A stretch of 64,000 nucleotides of DNA from Nemertoderma westbladi (lineage: Eukaryota > Animalia > Xenacoelomorpha). A program made the position numbers and the translations under genes. The stretch spans positions 5,108-69,107 of the forward strand of contig JAUCBJ010000160.1 in the NCBI GenBank assembly GCA_032718475.1, written 5' to 3'. Below the pieces are notes generated by a model. The model did no database searches. It was not told where the DNA came from and worked only from the letters and a program-made list of their open reading frames with translations. This document shows, in pieces, positions 35,201 through 48,340 of the stretch (position 1 is its first letter; each line of letters begins with the position of its first letter).

Positions 35201-38200
35201 TACTAATCTATGTTGTCGTCTCTATTGATTATATTCTATCCTACTAATCTATGTTGTCGTCTCTATTGATTATATTCTATCCTACTAATCTATGTTGTCG
35301 TCTCTATTGATTATATTCTATCCTACTAATCTATGTTGTCGTCTCTATTGATTATATTCTATCCTACTAATCTATGTTGTCGTCTCTATTGATTATATTC
35401 TATCCTACTAATCTATGTTGTCGTCTCTATTGATTATATTCTATCCTACTAATCTATGTTGTCGTCCTACTAATCTATGTTGTCGTCTCTATTGATTATA
35501 TTCTATCCTACTAATCTATGTTGTCGTCTCTATTGATTATATTCTATCCTACTAATCTATGTTGTCGTCTCTATTGATTATATTCTATCCTACTAATCTA
35601 TGTTGTCGTCTCTATTGATTATATTCTATCCTACTAATCTATGTTGTCGTCTCTATTGATTATATTCTATCCTACTAATCTATGTTGTCGTCTCTATTGA
35701 TTATATTCTATCCTACTAATCTATGTTGTCGTCTCTATTGATTATATTCTATCCTACTAATCTATGTTGTCGTCTCTATTGATTATATTCTATCCTACTA
35801 ATCTATGTTGTCGTCTCTATTGATTATATTCTATCCTACTAATCTATGTTGTCGTCTCTATTGATTATATTCTATCCTACTAATCTATGTTGTCGTCTCT
35901 ATTGATTATATTCTATCCTACTAATCTATGTTGTCGTCTCTATTGATTATATTCTATCCTACTAATCTATGTTGTCGTCTCTATTGATTATATTCTATCC
36001 TACTAATCTATGTTGTCGTCTCTATTGATTATATTCTATCCTACTAATCTATGTTGTCGTCTCTATTGATTATATTCTATCCTACTAATCTATGTTGTCG
36101 TCTCTATTGATTATATTCTATCCTACTAATCTATGTTGTCGTCTCTATTGATTATATTCTATCCTACTAATCTATGTTGTCGTCTCTATTGATTATATTC
36201 TATCCTACTAATCTATGTTGTCGTCCTACTAATCTATGTTGTCGTCTCTATTGATTATATTCTATCCTACTAATCTATGTTGTCGTCTCTATTGATTATA
36301 TTCTATCCTACTAATCTATGTTGTCGTCTCTATTGATTATATTCTATCCTACTAATCTATGTTGTCGTCTCTATTGATTATATTCTATCCTACTAATCTA
36401 TGTTGTCGTCCTACTAATCTATGTTGTCGTCTCTATTGATTATATTCTATCCTACTAATCTATGTTGTCGTCCTACTAATCTATGTTGTCGTCTCTATTG
36501 ATTATATTCTATCCTACTAATCTATGTTGTCGTCCTACTAATCTATGTTGTCGTCTCTATTGATTATATTCTATCCTACTAATCTATGTTGTCGTCTCTA
36601 TTGATTATATTCTATCCTACTAATCTATGTTGTCGTCTCTATTGATTATATTCTATCCTACTAATCTATGTTGTCGTCTCTATTGATTATATTCTATCCT
36701 ACTAATCTATGTTGTCGTCTCTATTGATTATATTCTATCCTACTAATCTATGTTGTCGTCCTACTAATCTATGTTGTCGTCTCTATTGATTATATTCTAT
36801 CCTACTAATCTATGTTGTCGTCCTACTAATCTATGTTGTCGTCTCTATTGATTATATTCTATCCTACTAATCTATGTTGTCGTCTCTATTGATTATATTC
36901 TATCCTACTAATCTATGTTGTCGTCCTACTAATCTATGTTGTCGTCTCTATTGATTATATTCTATCCTACTAATCTATGTTGTCGTCCTACTAATCTATG
37001 TTGTCGTCTCTATTGATTATATTCTATCCTACTAATCTATGTTGTCGTCTCTATTGATTATATTCTATCCTACTAATCTATGTTGTCGTCTCTATTGATT
37101 ATATTCTATCCTACTAATCTATGTTGTCGTCTCTATTGATTATATTCTATCCTACTAATCTATGTTGTCGTCTCTATTGATTATATTCTATCCTACTAAT
37201 CTATGTTGTCGTCTCTATTGATTATATTCTATCCTACTAATCTATGTTGTCGTCCTACTAATCTATGTTGTCGTCTCTATTGATTATATTCTATCCTACT
37301 AATCTATGTTGTCGTCTCTATAGATTATATTCTATCCTACTAATCTATGTTGTCGTCTCTATTGATTATATTCTATCCTACTAATCTATGTTGTCGTCTC
37401 TATTGATTATATTCTATCCTACTAATCTATGTTGTCGTCTCTATTGATTATATTCTATCCTACTAATCTATGTTGTCGTCTCTATTGATTATATTCTATC
37501 CTACTAATCTATGTTGTCGTCTCTATTGATTATATTCTATCCTACTAATCTATGTTGTCGTCTCTATTGATTATATTCTATCCTACTAATCTATGTTGTC
37601 GTCTCTATTGATTATATTCTATCCTACTAATCTATGTTGTCGTCCTACTAATCTATGTTGTCGTCTCTATTGATTATATTCTATCCTACTAATCTATGTT
37701 GTCGTCTCTATTGATTATATTCTATCCTACTAATCTATGTTGTCGTCTCTATTGATTATATTCTATCCTACTAATCTATGTTGTCGTCTCTATTGATTAT
37801 ATTCTATCCTACTAATCTATGTTGTCGTCTCTATTGATTATATTCTATCCTACTAATCTATGTTGTCGTCTCTATTGATTATATTCTATCCTACTAATCT
37901 ATGTTGTCGTCTCTATTGATTATATTCTATCCTACTAATCTATGTTGTCGTCTCTATTGATTATATTCTATCCTACTAATCTATGTTGTCGTCTCTATTG
38001 ATTATATTCTATCCTACTAATCTATGTTGTCGTCCTACTAATCTATGTTGTCGTCTCTATTGATTATATTCTATCCTACTAATCTATGTTGTCGTCTCTA
38101 TTGATTATATTCTATCCTACTAATCTATGTTGTCGTCCTACTAATCTATGTTGTCGTCTCTATTGATTATATTCTATCCTACTAATCTATGTTGTCGTCT

Positions 38201-41200
38201 CTATTGATTATATTCTATCCTACTAATCTATGTTGTCGTCTCTATTGATTATATTCTATCCTACTAATCTATGTTGTCGTCTCTATTGATTATATTCTAT
38301 CCTACTAATCTATGTTGTCGTCCTACTAATCTATGTTGTCGTCTCTATTGATTATATTCTATCCTACTAATCTATGTTGTCGTCCTACTAATCTATGTTG
38401 TCGTCTCTATTGATTATATTCTATCCTACTAATCTATGTTGTCGTCTCTATTGATTATATTCTATCCTACTAATCTATGTTGTCGTCTCTATTGATTATA
38501 TTCTATCCTACTAATCTATGTTGTCGTCTCTATTGATTATATTCTATCCTACTAATCTATGTTGTCGTCTCTATTGATTATATTCTATCCTACTAATCTA
38601 TGTTGTCGTCTCTATTGATTATATTCTATCCTACTAATCTATGTTGTCGTCCTACTAATCTATGTTGTCGTCTCTATTGATTATATTCTATCCTACTAAT
38701 CTATGTTGTCGTCTCTATTGATTATATTCTATCCTACTAATCTATGTTGTCGTCTCTATTGATTATATTCTATCCTACTAATCTATGTTGTCGTCTCTAT
38801 TGATTATATTCTATCCTACTAATCTATGTTGTCGTCTCTATTGATTATATTCTATCCTACTAATCTATGTTGTCGTCTCTATTGATTATATTCTATCCTA
38901 CTAATCTATGTTGTCGTCTCTATTGATTATATTCTATCCTACTAATCTATGTTGTCGTCTCTATTGATTATATTCTATCCTACTAATCTATGTTGTCGTC
39001 TCTATTGATTATATTCTATCCTACTAATCTATGTTGTCGTCCTACTAATCTATGTTGTCGTCTCTATTGATTATATTCTATCCTACTAATCTATGTTGTC
39101 GTCTCTATTGATTATATTCTATCCTACTAATCTATGTTGTCGTCTCTATTGATTATATTCTATCCTACTAATCTATGTTGTCGTCTCTATTGATTATATT
39201 CTATCCTACTAATCTATGTTGTCGTCTCTATTGATTATATTCTATCCTACTAATCTATGTTGTCGTCCTACTAATCTATGTTGTCGTCTCTATTGATTAT
39301 ATTCTATCCTACTAATCTATGTTGTCGTCTCTATTGATTATATTCTATCCTACTAATCTATGTTGTCGTCCTACTAATCTATGTTGTCGTCTCTATTGAT
39401 TATATTCTATCCTACTAATCTATGTTGTCGTCTCTATTGATTATATTCTATCCTACTAATCTATGTTGTCGTCTCTATTGATTATATTCTATCCTACTAA
39501 TCTATGTTGTCGTCTCTATTGATTATATTCTATCCTACTAATCTATGTTGTCGTCTCTATTGATTATATTCTATCCTACTAATCTATGTTGTCGTCTCTA
39601 TTGATTATATTCTATCCTACTAATCTATGTTGTCGTCTCTATTGATTATATTCTATCCTACTAATCTATGTTGTCGTCTCTATTGATTATATTCTATCCT
39701 ACTAATCTATGTTGTCGTCTCTATTGATTATATTCTATCCTACTAATCTATGTTGTCGTCTCTATTGATTATATTCTATCCTACTAATCTATGTTGTCGT
39801 CTCTATTGATTATATTCTATCCTACTAATCTATGTTGTCGTCTCTATTGATTATATTCTATCCTACTAATCTATGTTGTCGTCTCTATTGATTATATTCT
39901 ATCCTACTAATCTATGTTGTCGTCTCTATTGATTATATTCTATCCTACTAATCTATGTTGTCGTCCTACTAATCTATGTTGTCGTCTCTATTGATTATAT
40001 TCTATCCTACTAATCTATGTTGTCGTCTCTATTGATTATATTCTATCCTACTAATCTATGTTGTCGTCTCTATTGATTATATTCTATCCTACTAATCTAT
40101 GTTGTCGTCCTACTAATCTATGTTGTCGTCTCTATTGATTATATTCTATCCTACTAATCTATGTTGTCGTCTCTATTGATTATATTCTATCCTACTAATC
40201 TATGTTGTCGTCTCTATTGATTATATTCTATCCTACTAATCTATGTTGTCGTCTCTATTGATTATATTCTATCCTACTAATCTATGTTGTCGTCTCTATT
40301 GATTATATTCTATCCTACTAATCTATGTTGTCGTCTCTATTGATTATATTCTATCCTACTAATCTATGTTGTCGTCTCTATTGATTATATTCTATCCTAC
40401 TAATCTATGTTGTCGTCCTACTAATCTATGTTGTCGTCTCTATTGATTATATTCTATCCTACTAATCTATGTTGTCGTCTCTATTGATTATATTCTATCC
40501 TACTAATCTATGTTGTCGTCTCTATTGATTATATTCTATCCTACTAATCTATGTTGTCGTCTCTATTGATTATATTCTATCCTACTAATCTATGTTGTCG
40601 TCTCTATTGATTATATTCTATCCTACTAATCTATGTTGTCGTCTCTATTGATTATATTCTATCCTACTAATCTATGTTGTCGTCTCTATTGATTATATTC
40701 TATCCTACTAATCTATGTTGTCGTCTCTATTGATTATATTCTATCCTACTAATCTATGTTGTCGTCTCTATTGATTATATTCTATCCTACTAATCTATGT
40801 TGTCGTCTCTATTGATTATATTCTATCCTACTAATCTATGTTGTCGTCTCTATTGATTATATTCTATCCTACTAATCTATGTTGTCGTCCTACTAATCTA
40901 TGTTGTCGTCTCTATTGATTATATTCTATCCTACTAATCTATGTTGTCGTCTCTATTGATTATATTCTATCCTACTAATCTATGTTGTCGTCTCTATTGA
41001 TTATATTCTATCCTACTAATCTATGTTGTCGTCTCTATTGATTATATTCTATCCTACTAATCTATGTTGTCGTCTCTATTGATTATATTCTATCCTACTA
41101 ATCTATGTTGTCGTCCTACTAATCTATGTTGTCGTCTCTATTGATTATATTCTATCCTACTAATCTATGTTGTCGTCTCTATTGATTATATTCTATCCTA

Positions 41201-42852
41201 CTAATCTATGTTGTCGTCTCTATTGATTATATTCTATCCTACTAATCTATGTTGTCGTCCTACTAATCTATGTTGTCGTCTCTATTGATTATATTCTATC
41301 CTACTAATCTATGTTGTCGTCTCTATTGATTATATTCTATCCTACTAATCTATGTTGTCGTCTCTATTGATTATATTCTATCCTACTAATCTATGTTGTC
41401 GTCTCTATTGATTATATTCTATCCTACTAATCTATGTTGTCGTCTCTATTGATTATATTCTATCCTACTAATCTATGTTGTCGTCCTACTAATCTATGTT
41501 GTCGTCTCTATTGATTATATTCTATCCTACTAATCTATGTTGTCGTCTCTATTGATTATATTCTATCCTACTAATCTATGTTGTCGTCTCTATTGATTAT
41601 ATTCTATCCTACTAATCTATGTTGTCGTCCTACTAATCTATGTTGTCGTCTCTATTGATTATATTCTATCCTACTAATCTATGTTGTCGTCCTACTAATC
41701 TATGTTGTCGTCTCTATTGATTATATTCTATCCTACTAATCTATGTTGTCGTCCTACTAATCTATGTTGTCGTCTCTATTGATTATATTCTATCCTACTA
41801 ATCTATGTTGTCGTCTCTATTGATTATATTCTATCCTACTAATCTATGTTGTCGTCCTACTAATCTATGTTGTCGTCTCTATTGATTATATTCTATCCTA
41901 CTAATCTATGTTGTCGTCTCTATTGATTATATTCTATCCTACTAATCTATGTTGTCGTCTCTATTGATTATATTCTATCCTACTAATCTATGTTGTCGTC
42001 CTACTAATCTATGTTGTCGTCTCTATTGATTATATTCTATCCTACTAATCTATGTTGTCGTCCTACTAATCTATGTTGTCGTCTCTATTGATTATATTCT
42101 ATCCTACTAATCTATGTTGTCGTCTCTATTGATTATATTCTATCCTACTAATCTATGTTGTCGTCCTACTAATCTATGTTGTCGTCTCTATTGATTATAT
42201 TCTATCCTACTAATCTATGTTGTCGTCTCTATTGATTATATTCTATCCTACTAATCTATGTTGTCGTCTCTATTGATTATATTCTATCCTACTAATCTAT
42301 GTTGTCGTCCTACTAATCTATGTTGTCGTCTCTATTGATTATATTCTATCCTACTAATCTATGTTGTCGTCTCTATTGATTATATTCTATCCTACTAATC
42401 TATGTTGTCGTCTCTATTGATTATATTCTATCCTACTAATCTATGTTGTCGTCTCTATTGATTATATTCTATCCTACTAATCTATGTTGTCGTCCTACTA
42501 ATCTATGTTGTCGTCTCTATTGATTATATTCTATCCTACTAATCTATGTTGTCGTCCTACTAATCTATGTTGTCGTCTCTATTGATTATATTCTATCCTA
42601 CTAATCTATGTTGTCGTCTCTATTGATTATATTCTATCCTACTAATCTATGTTGTCGTCTCTATTGATTATATTCTATCCTACTAATCTATGTTGTCGTC
42701 TCTATTGATTATATTCTATCCTACTAATCTATGTTGTCGTCTCTATTGATTATATTCTATCCAACTAATCTATGTTGTCGTCTCTATTGATTATATTCTA
42801 TCCTACTAATCTATGTTGTCGTCTCTATAGAATCTATGTTGTCGTCTCTATA
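23260..42852. repeat. ~19.6-kb satellite of monomers A (21 bp CCTACTAATCTATGTTGTCGT) and B (20 bp CTCTATTGATTATATTCTAT)
   Basis: Directly visible: mostly 41-bp AB units with runs of up to 5 A. Variant B' (CTCTATAGATT...) is concentrated left of ~28800. Confidence 0.99.
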
Positions 42853-42878
42853 AACCACAAAGAGGAATATATTCTTAC

Positions 42879-43098
42879 CCGAATATTTATAGCTCACTAT
42901 ATCATCTCCTTCCGGATCCTCGAATGCCCCAGTGCAGTTGATTCCGTGGAAGAATTGGTTATCGAACTCATTACCCGGACCCGTTAACTCATTCATTAAC
43001 CTCTGGTCCGATTGTGAAACTAAACAAATCTCGCAGTTCGTTATGTCCAAAGGTTCTATTGGGATTCGTGAGGATTTTAACTGTGGCGGTTTATTTAC
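42879..43098 (-). CDS. Polycystin-1/REJ-like gene, internal exon (1st visible; REJ domain)
   Basis: Acceptor tatatttag, donor G|GTAAGA, 220 bp, phase 0 to 1. VNKPP...C...GPGNEFDNQFFHGINCTGAFEDPEGDDIVSYKYS matches the REJ pattern N.PP..C...G....F.i.C.g..D.d..l.Y. Confidence 0.78.
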
Positions 43099-43742
43099 CT
43101 AAATATATAAATGATGATAAATATATTATCAACTTTTCAAACCACGTCACACAGTCAGGGAGTACTTTCTGAATGGTCTCAAACAGGTCAATATCTGAAT
43201 TGATTAAAAACTGATTAAGCCTCTTTAATATGTATTTATCCAGTATTATAAATTATCGATTTAATTCCATTTAAATGCAATGTTATTATTAATGTCATGG
43301 AACATGGAAACATTTTGTCAAACTTGTTAACGACTTTGACAAAAAAAGTGACTTACAGTCCAACAAATAAATATAATATAATGCTTAATTACATTGTATT
43401 AACTATCAATTATTGCATCAGTTACAATGTTGTTATGCACTTTTATACTTTGAATAAATTATTTCTATAAGAGGGTCGCAAACAGGTTGTGTGTCCTTAA
43501 CAGTTGCAGAGTCGTCGTTGAGAACAGGTTGGCAAAGTGAGCAACGACGTCCAGGTGGGATCGAACTGGTGATCTCCATGATGAAGTCTGTTGTAGCGAG
43601 TGGCAAAGAGACGGCTAAGTAGGCCTAAAGTATGTTTGGGCACAGCGTTAGCAGATGATGGTTTGACAGATGGGAGGCCATGAGGAGGTAAATTGCGGAC
43701 ATACAAGGTATCAGGTAGTATTTCCAGGTCTATCTTTTACAT

Positions 43743-44257
43743 GAGCGGGTAGCTGAATGGTTCGAGCGTCAAACCTCCAACCTGGAGGTCACCAGTTCGA
43801 ATCCACCTCATTGTCAACTATGGAAAGCTGTTCCCAACCACTCAAAGTAATAATAATTTGAAACCACTCATTAACAAGATACAAATTATAACTATTGTAG
43901 GCCTGTCTATCACATCAACTGAGTGCGTCTTATATGTCCAGATATCATGCCTACAGACTATCTGTCAGATCAACACTCTCTTTTGATATAAAATAACCAT
44001 CACGCCTACAGTAGTATAAGTGTCTCACCTTTATAATCATTGTAGTAACTCCAATCCTTTTAAACGGATCGTCGGACGGCTTAACTTGAACTGATAAACT
44101 AAAGATTTCGTTGTGATCAGTATCTTCTTGTGTAAACGTTGCAGCCCCAATTGAAACATCGTCTACACATAAAGGAATTAAACTGATTAAACCGTCGTGC
44201 TAAGCCCGATGAACTGGGGCTTTCGCAATTCACCCCCTAACGTCAGATAGAGGAACT
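43743..44257 (+). mobile_element. Probable tRNA-derived SINE
   Basis: GAGCGGGTAGCTGAATGGTTCGAGCG (A box) ... AGTTCGAATCC (B box) head; 3' extent uncertain. Confidence 0.5.
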
Positions 44258-44720
44258 AATAATAATAATAATAAAAATTTATATAGCGCCTTTTAACGTG
44301 ATGATCAAAGGCGCTGCACTGCACAAAATTTAACGATTTAAAATTTTAAAAACATTAAAAAGTATTGCTTTACAAAGAGATCGGTCATTAATGAATTTAA
44401 AAGTTTAAAAACACGCTGAGAAACTTAATTCCCGTATTGCTTTATGAAGAGATGGGTTTTTAGCTGAGCCTTAAACGAATCAAGAGTGGGAGAGTCTCTG
44501 ATTTTCGAGGGTAGTGAGTTCCACCGAGTGGGAGCTGCAAAGGAGAACGACCGTCTACCATAATAGGTAAGTCTACACGTTGGAATGCGTAACAGTCCAG
44601 CACCACTTGTTCTTAAGGTACGATATGGTTCATATCGATCCAATAATTCGGCCAAGTAACTTGGAGCCAAATGATTAACGCACTTATATGTTAGTAGTGC
44701 TATCTTATACTCGATCCTCG
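44258..44720 (-). mobile_element. 3' fragment of an L2/CR1-type LINE
   Basis: ORF 44425-44670 APSYL...RTLR...G.RSFS..AP..WNSLP..IR....L.SFK..LKTHLF; 3' stem-loop GCGCCTTT...AAAGGCGC TATATAAAT and (ATT)n tail. Confidence 0.88.
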
Positions 44721-44851
44721 AACTGTAAAAGTCAGTCTGTGTGTAGGTTTTCTAATTAAGCAATGCTCACAGGTTACTACTACCAAATTTCAGATGAATC
44801 TGGTGGTTGGTTCTATTAATAATTACAGCTACTTTTACGTTTCTGTCAATT

Positions 44852-44867
44852 CGCCCTCTAGCGGCAG
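44852..44867 (-). promoter_or_regulatory. CTCF-like motif
   Basis: Reverse complement CTGCCGCTAGAGGGCG; one mismatch over ~20 bp to the site at 22198. Confidence 0.4.
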
Positions 44868-46600
44868 ACAGAGGAATTATAGAAGTCTGCCTGTGTAAAA
44901 TTTCTGAACTTTTGATAGATTTTATCCATGATTGACCGCATTATTAGAGGTTCAAAAATTATAGGCAGAAACTCGGTCACAAACTAATAATAGCTGCATG
45001 AACCGGAGTAAAGCTCCAGGGATAACAATTAACAGTGCTGAATAATGTAATTGTTTTCTTTTGAATTAATTAATTTACCCTCATGCATCTCAACTGGTCT
45101 GATAGTAACTGTACCGGTAGTATAGTTTAACCTTAATAAATGCATCTCAACTGGTCTGATAGTAACTCTACCGGTAGTTTAACCTTAAATTATTCACATT
45201 TCACTGTTAGTATTTGTCAACAATTTAAATTTTTCTAAAAAATTCCAATCTGAGGTGGGGGGTGGGGTGGTGATTCTTTTGATTCAGCAAAAATTAATCC
45301 ATTACAAATAAATTAGGGACAATGTTTACGTTGTCCATACAGTGCAGTGCTTTAAATGCTTCACAGTACCTCCCTTTTGGTATTATTCACTCTATTGTAT
45401 GGTATTGTATGCTGGTTCAGCCTATTGATAAAATCACCTTTCTCTGGGGTAAAATGGAGTGAACTTAACAACTAAACAACGACTTGAAAAACACGAAGTT
45501 GTTCTCTAAAATAGTTTACCATGGTTCAGGACTAGAAATAATCATAGAAGTTTCCCCAGCCCGTAACAAGTGCGTACCCGGGTATAAATAACAATAAATA
45601 AACAACCGATTAGAGTGATTGTTTACATTTCTTTCTGACACAAATTCATTTTTATATATATTATTATATAAAAGCTTAAAAATATGTCCAACTATTATGT
45701 AATACGGCTGGTCATTCTTTGGTCAATGGTCATTCTTTTCCTCGGCTAACAGCTTGACTTCTAATTTAAATAATTTCACGTCATTCAAACAATAGAGATT
45801 AAATTGTTTTCTTTAGAAGATTTTATGGCAACAATTAATTATTTTTTTTAGCATAGCTAGTCGAGTACCGTACTTATTACTGTTTCTATAGAAAGTATTC
45901 TAGAACAGGTTAGCTATTTACTATGGAAAAAATAAATGTTCTAGGACAATTGGGACGATATATTAACTAACAGAAATGGGATTTCCATAAGGTCAAGTTC
46001 CCACCCCCTGTCTCATCTTCATACCATTTTCGTATATTGCTCATGACGACTGTATTTTATCTACTTGTCTTTTACATTATGTAAAATTAAAATAACCAGT
46101 GCAGTACCGGTAGCTGCTTTTGGAGTTTTTATTTAAGCTCATGGTGGTTGTCGTTTTTGTCTCAATGCAATTATATATGACTTGGTAATTTGTTGGTATT
46201 GACAACGTAATATAAATTCAGATGACGTAGAAACAATTAGCATTACTAAAAAATGCTAATTAATTATCTGTCGAGAAATTATTATTATAGGGACAGGATA
46301 CTCCAACGAAAACAATAAACGTGAGTGAATATCACATGTTACCCCCCCCCCCCCCCCCATCCCCCATCTGGTAAAATTTGACTTTAAATTATTGCAAATT
46401 TTTTAGGGGTAGTATAATGCTTGATTAATCGGATTAGGCCTAGGCCTATAGCTGTATAGTCGATATTATGAATATCGTGTAAACCAAAGTACAAAAACAT
46501 CTCGAGAAATACATAGGAATTTAATTTCTACAGCAGATGTTGAGAAATATTAATAATGAACAATAGTTAGTTAAACAAGCACCTCCACCTCCTATGTGAA

Positions 46601-47023
46601 CTATGCAACACTGCCGGCGTTACTAGCTATCCTAGGCCACAGTTCCGCGCACTCCTTAGCTACTGGCCCAGTTATAGCGGAACCCTTCATCTCCCCCTTA
46701 TTGTTCACAATAACACCCGCGTTGTCCTCAAAGTATATAAATAGTCCCGCCTTTCTGCGGAAGGGTTTCCGCTGTCGGATAACCACCGCGGGTAGAACTT
46801 TCTTCCGGAGCTCCGGTTTACCCTTCTTTACGGTCGCGAGCACCATGTCCCCGGACGCGGCCGCCGGCATTCTGTTCAACCGCCCCCGGATTCCTTTCAC
46901 AGATATTACGTAGAGGTTTTTGGCTCCCGTGTTGTCAGCGCAGTTCATTACCGCACCAACTGGGAGCGCCAAAGACATCCTGAACTTCGCGCCGGTACCG
47001 GCTCCTCTGCCCCTCTTCGACAT
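46601..47023 (-). CDS. RPL23: 60S ribosomal protein L23 (uL14), intronless CDS
   Basis: MSKRGRG...[25 protein letters not shown]...[11 protein letters not shown]...[41 protein letters not shown]; full-length 140 aa. TOP-like CTCTCTTCT at ~47151-47160 and ATTAAA downstream (~46520). Confidence 0.97.
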   Translation of the reverse strand: MSKRGRGAGTGAKFRMSLALPVGAVMNCADNTGAKNLYVISVKGIRGRLNRMPAAASGDMVLATVKKGKPELRKKVLPAVVIRQRKPFRRKAGLFIYFEDNAGVIVNNKGEMKGSAITGPVAKECAELWPRIASNAGSVA

Positions 47024-47389
47024 GATTAGTGGTTAGGTTGTAGGTGGATGTACTGCTGTAGCTGTACTGATGTATGTATTGTATACTGGTATAGGCAGAT
47101 AGAGCAAACGTAGTGCAGTACGTACCGGTACCAGAAGTAAAATAAAAACCAGAAGAGAGATCAGGATGTGCTGGTATTGCAATCATTAACCAGTAGGCCC
47201 TCTGCCCATTTACAATTGAGGTGTCGTTTCGGCCTTCCCATAGGGTTAATATTTTAAATTAATATTTAAAAAATAACCGAGTGATTCCCCGAACTTATAT
47301 ATTTTATTCTAAGTTTATTAGGAGGTGGAGGAGGGGGTGGTAACCTAAACGGAATTTTAATTTACTATGAGAACAATGTCCCGTTTATA

Positions 47390-48340
47390 AGTGAGCATAT
47401 AATTAATGCTGTGAACCCTCGGTAACTTCCTGATGTACAGTTCAGTATAAACCATCAGGAATTAGGATTCCCCTGCTCTAAGAGCCCAAGGGACTGGCAT
47501 ATAACAGTACGGCTACTGGCTCTACTGCTGCCTGGTATAAACTTACTTTCACAGGTCTGATTTCAGGTTATTTCCACTCCCTTGATAGTTTATTAAATGT
47601 AGACCATACCTTGCCCATCTAAGATCCTGCAGTCTATGTAGCAGAAGTCAAGCATGACTAAACAGGCCATACAATGACTGACGGTGGACAGACTTACTTT
47701 CTGGTGTCTGACTGGTGATAGACTTAGGTTTTTTCACAAATTGACCAACATCGGATGCTGTTTGATATAGACTGCTGAGCAGTCTTTGTGAGTCATCAAA
47801 TGTTACTTATAATAAATCCAAATCATCAGCAACGTGAAGCCCATAAAGTGTATTGGTGGTTTTCCTCTATTTTTACTACCACCGGCTGTTTGTATTTCCG
47901 TCTATACAGTATAATGTTCTTTAAGAGACATTCGCTGTATAATCCGGCCCAATAATGAAGAGAAAAGGAGCACGCGTGTCACCTTTATGGACATCTCACG
48001 AGACTTCAACTGGGTCGGTTTCTCCATCTGATTAGAGATAAATGTTGTTAGTGTTGATTCCAGCATTTACATCACCAGAAACCCCACAAGCCGGAAGTAC
48101 CTTAAACATGCGTGGACGGGAGGCACAATCATAGGCCTTAAGGAATTTTACAAAGTTGACGGCTAGATGCCTCGTAGACAATTCTTCAATGATCCGACGA
48201 AATGAAAAAATGGGCTCCAGGGTATTTTTACCTATGAAACCCATATTGGTTGTTACGCAGGAACCTTTCAACAGAATCCTTATGCGGTTCTACATTATTC
48301 TGATGAAACAGCAACCTTAACTGCAACCGAAATCAGGCAA
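47390..48340 (-). pseudogene. Old degenerate RTE LINE fragment
   Basis: TLEPIFSFRRIIEELS..HLAVNFV.FLKAYD and GKVWSTFNKLSREWK...SLYQAAV..LLY align with the RTE RT at 15180-15970; many stops. Confidence 0.8.

Noticed and set aside
23260-42852. CRISPR-like appearance (21-bp repeat alternating with a 20-bp unit)
   Set aside because: The 'spacers' are identical, there are no cas genes and the context is eukaryotic; it is a satellite.
43497-43720. GC-richer patch with a 69-aa ORF
   Set aside because: No splice-consistent frame; looks like a decayed LINE C-terminal fragment, too degenerate to call.
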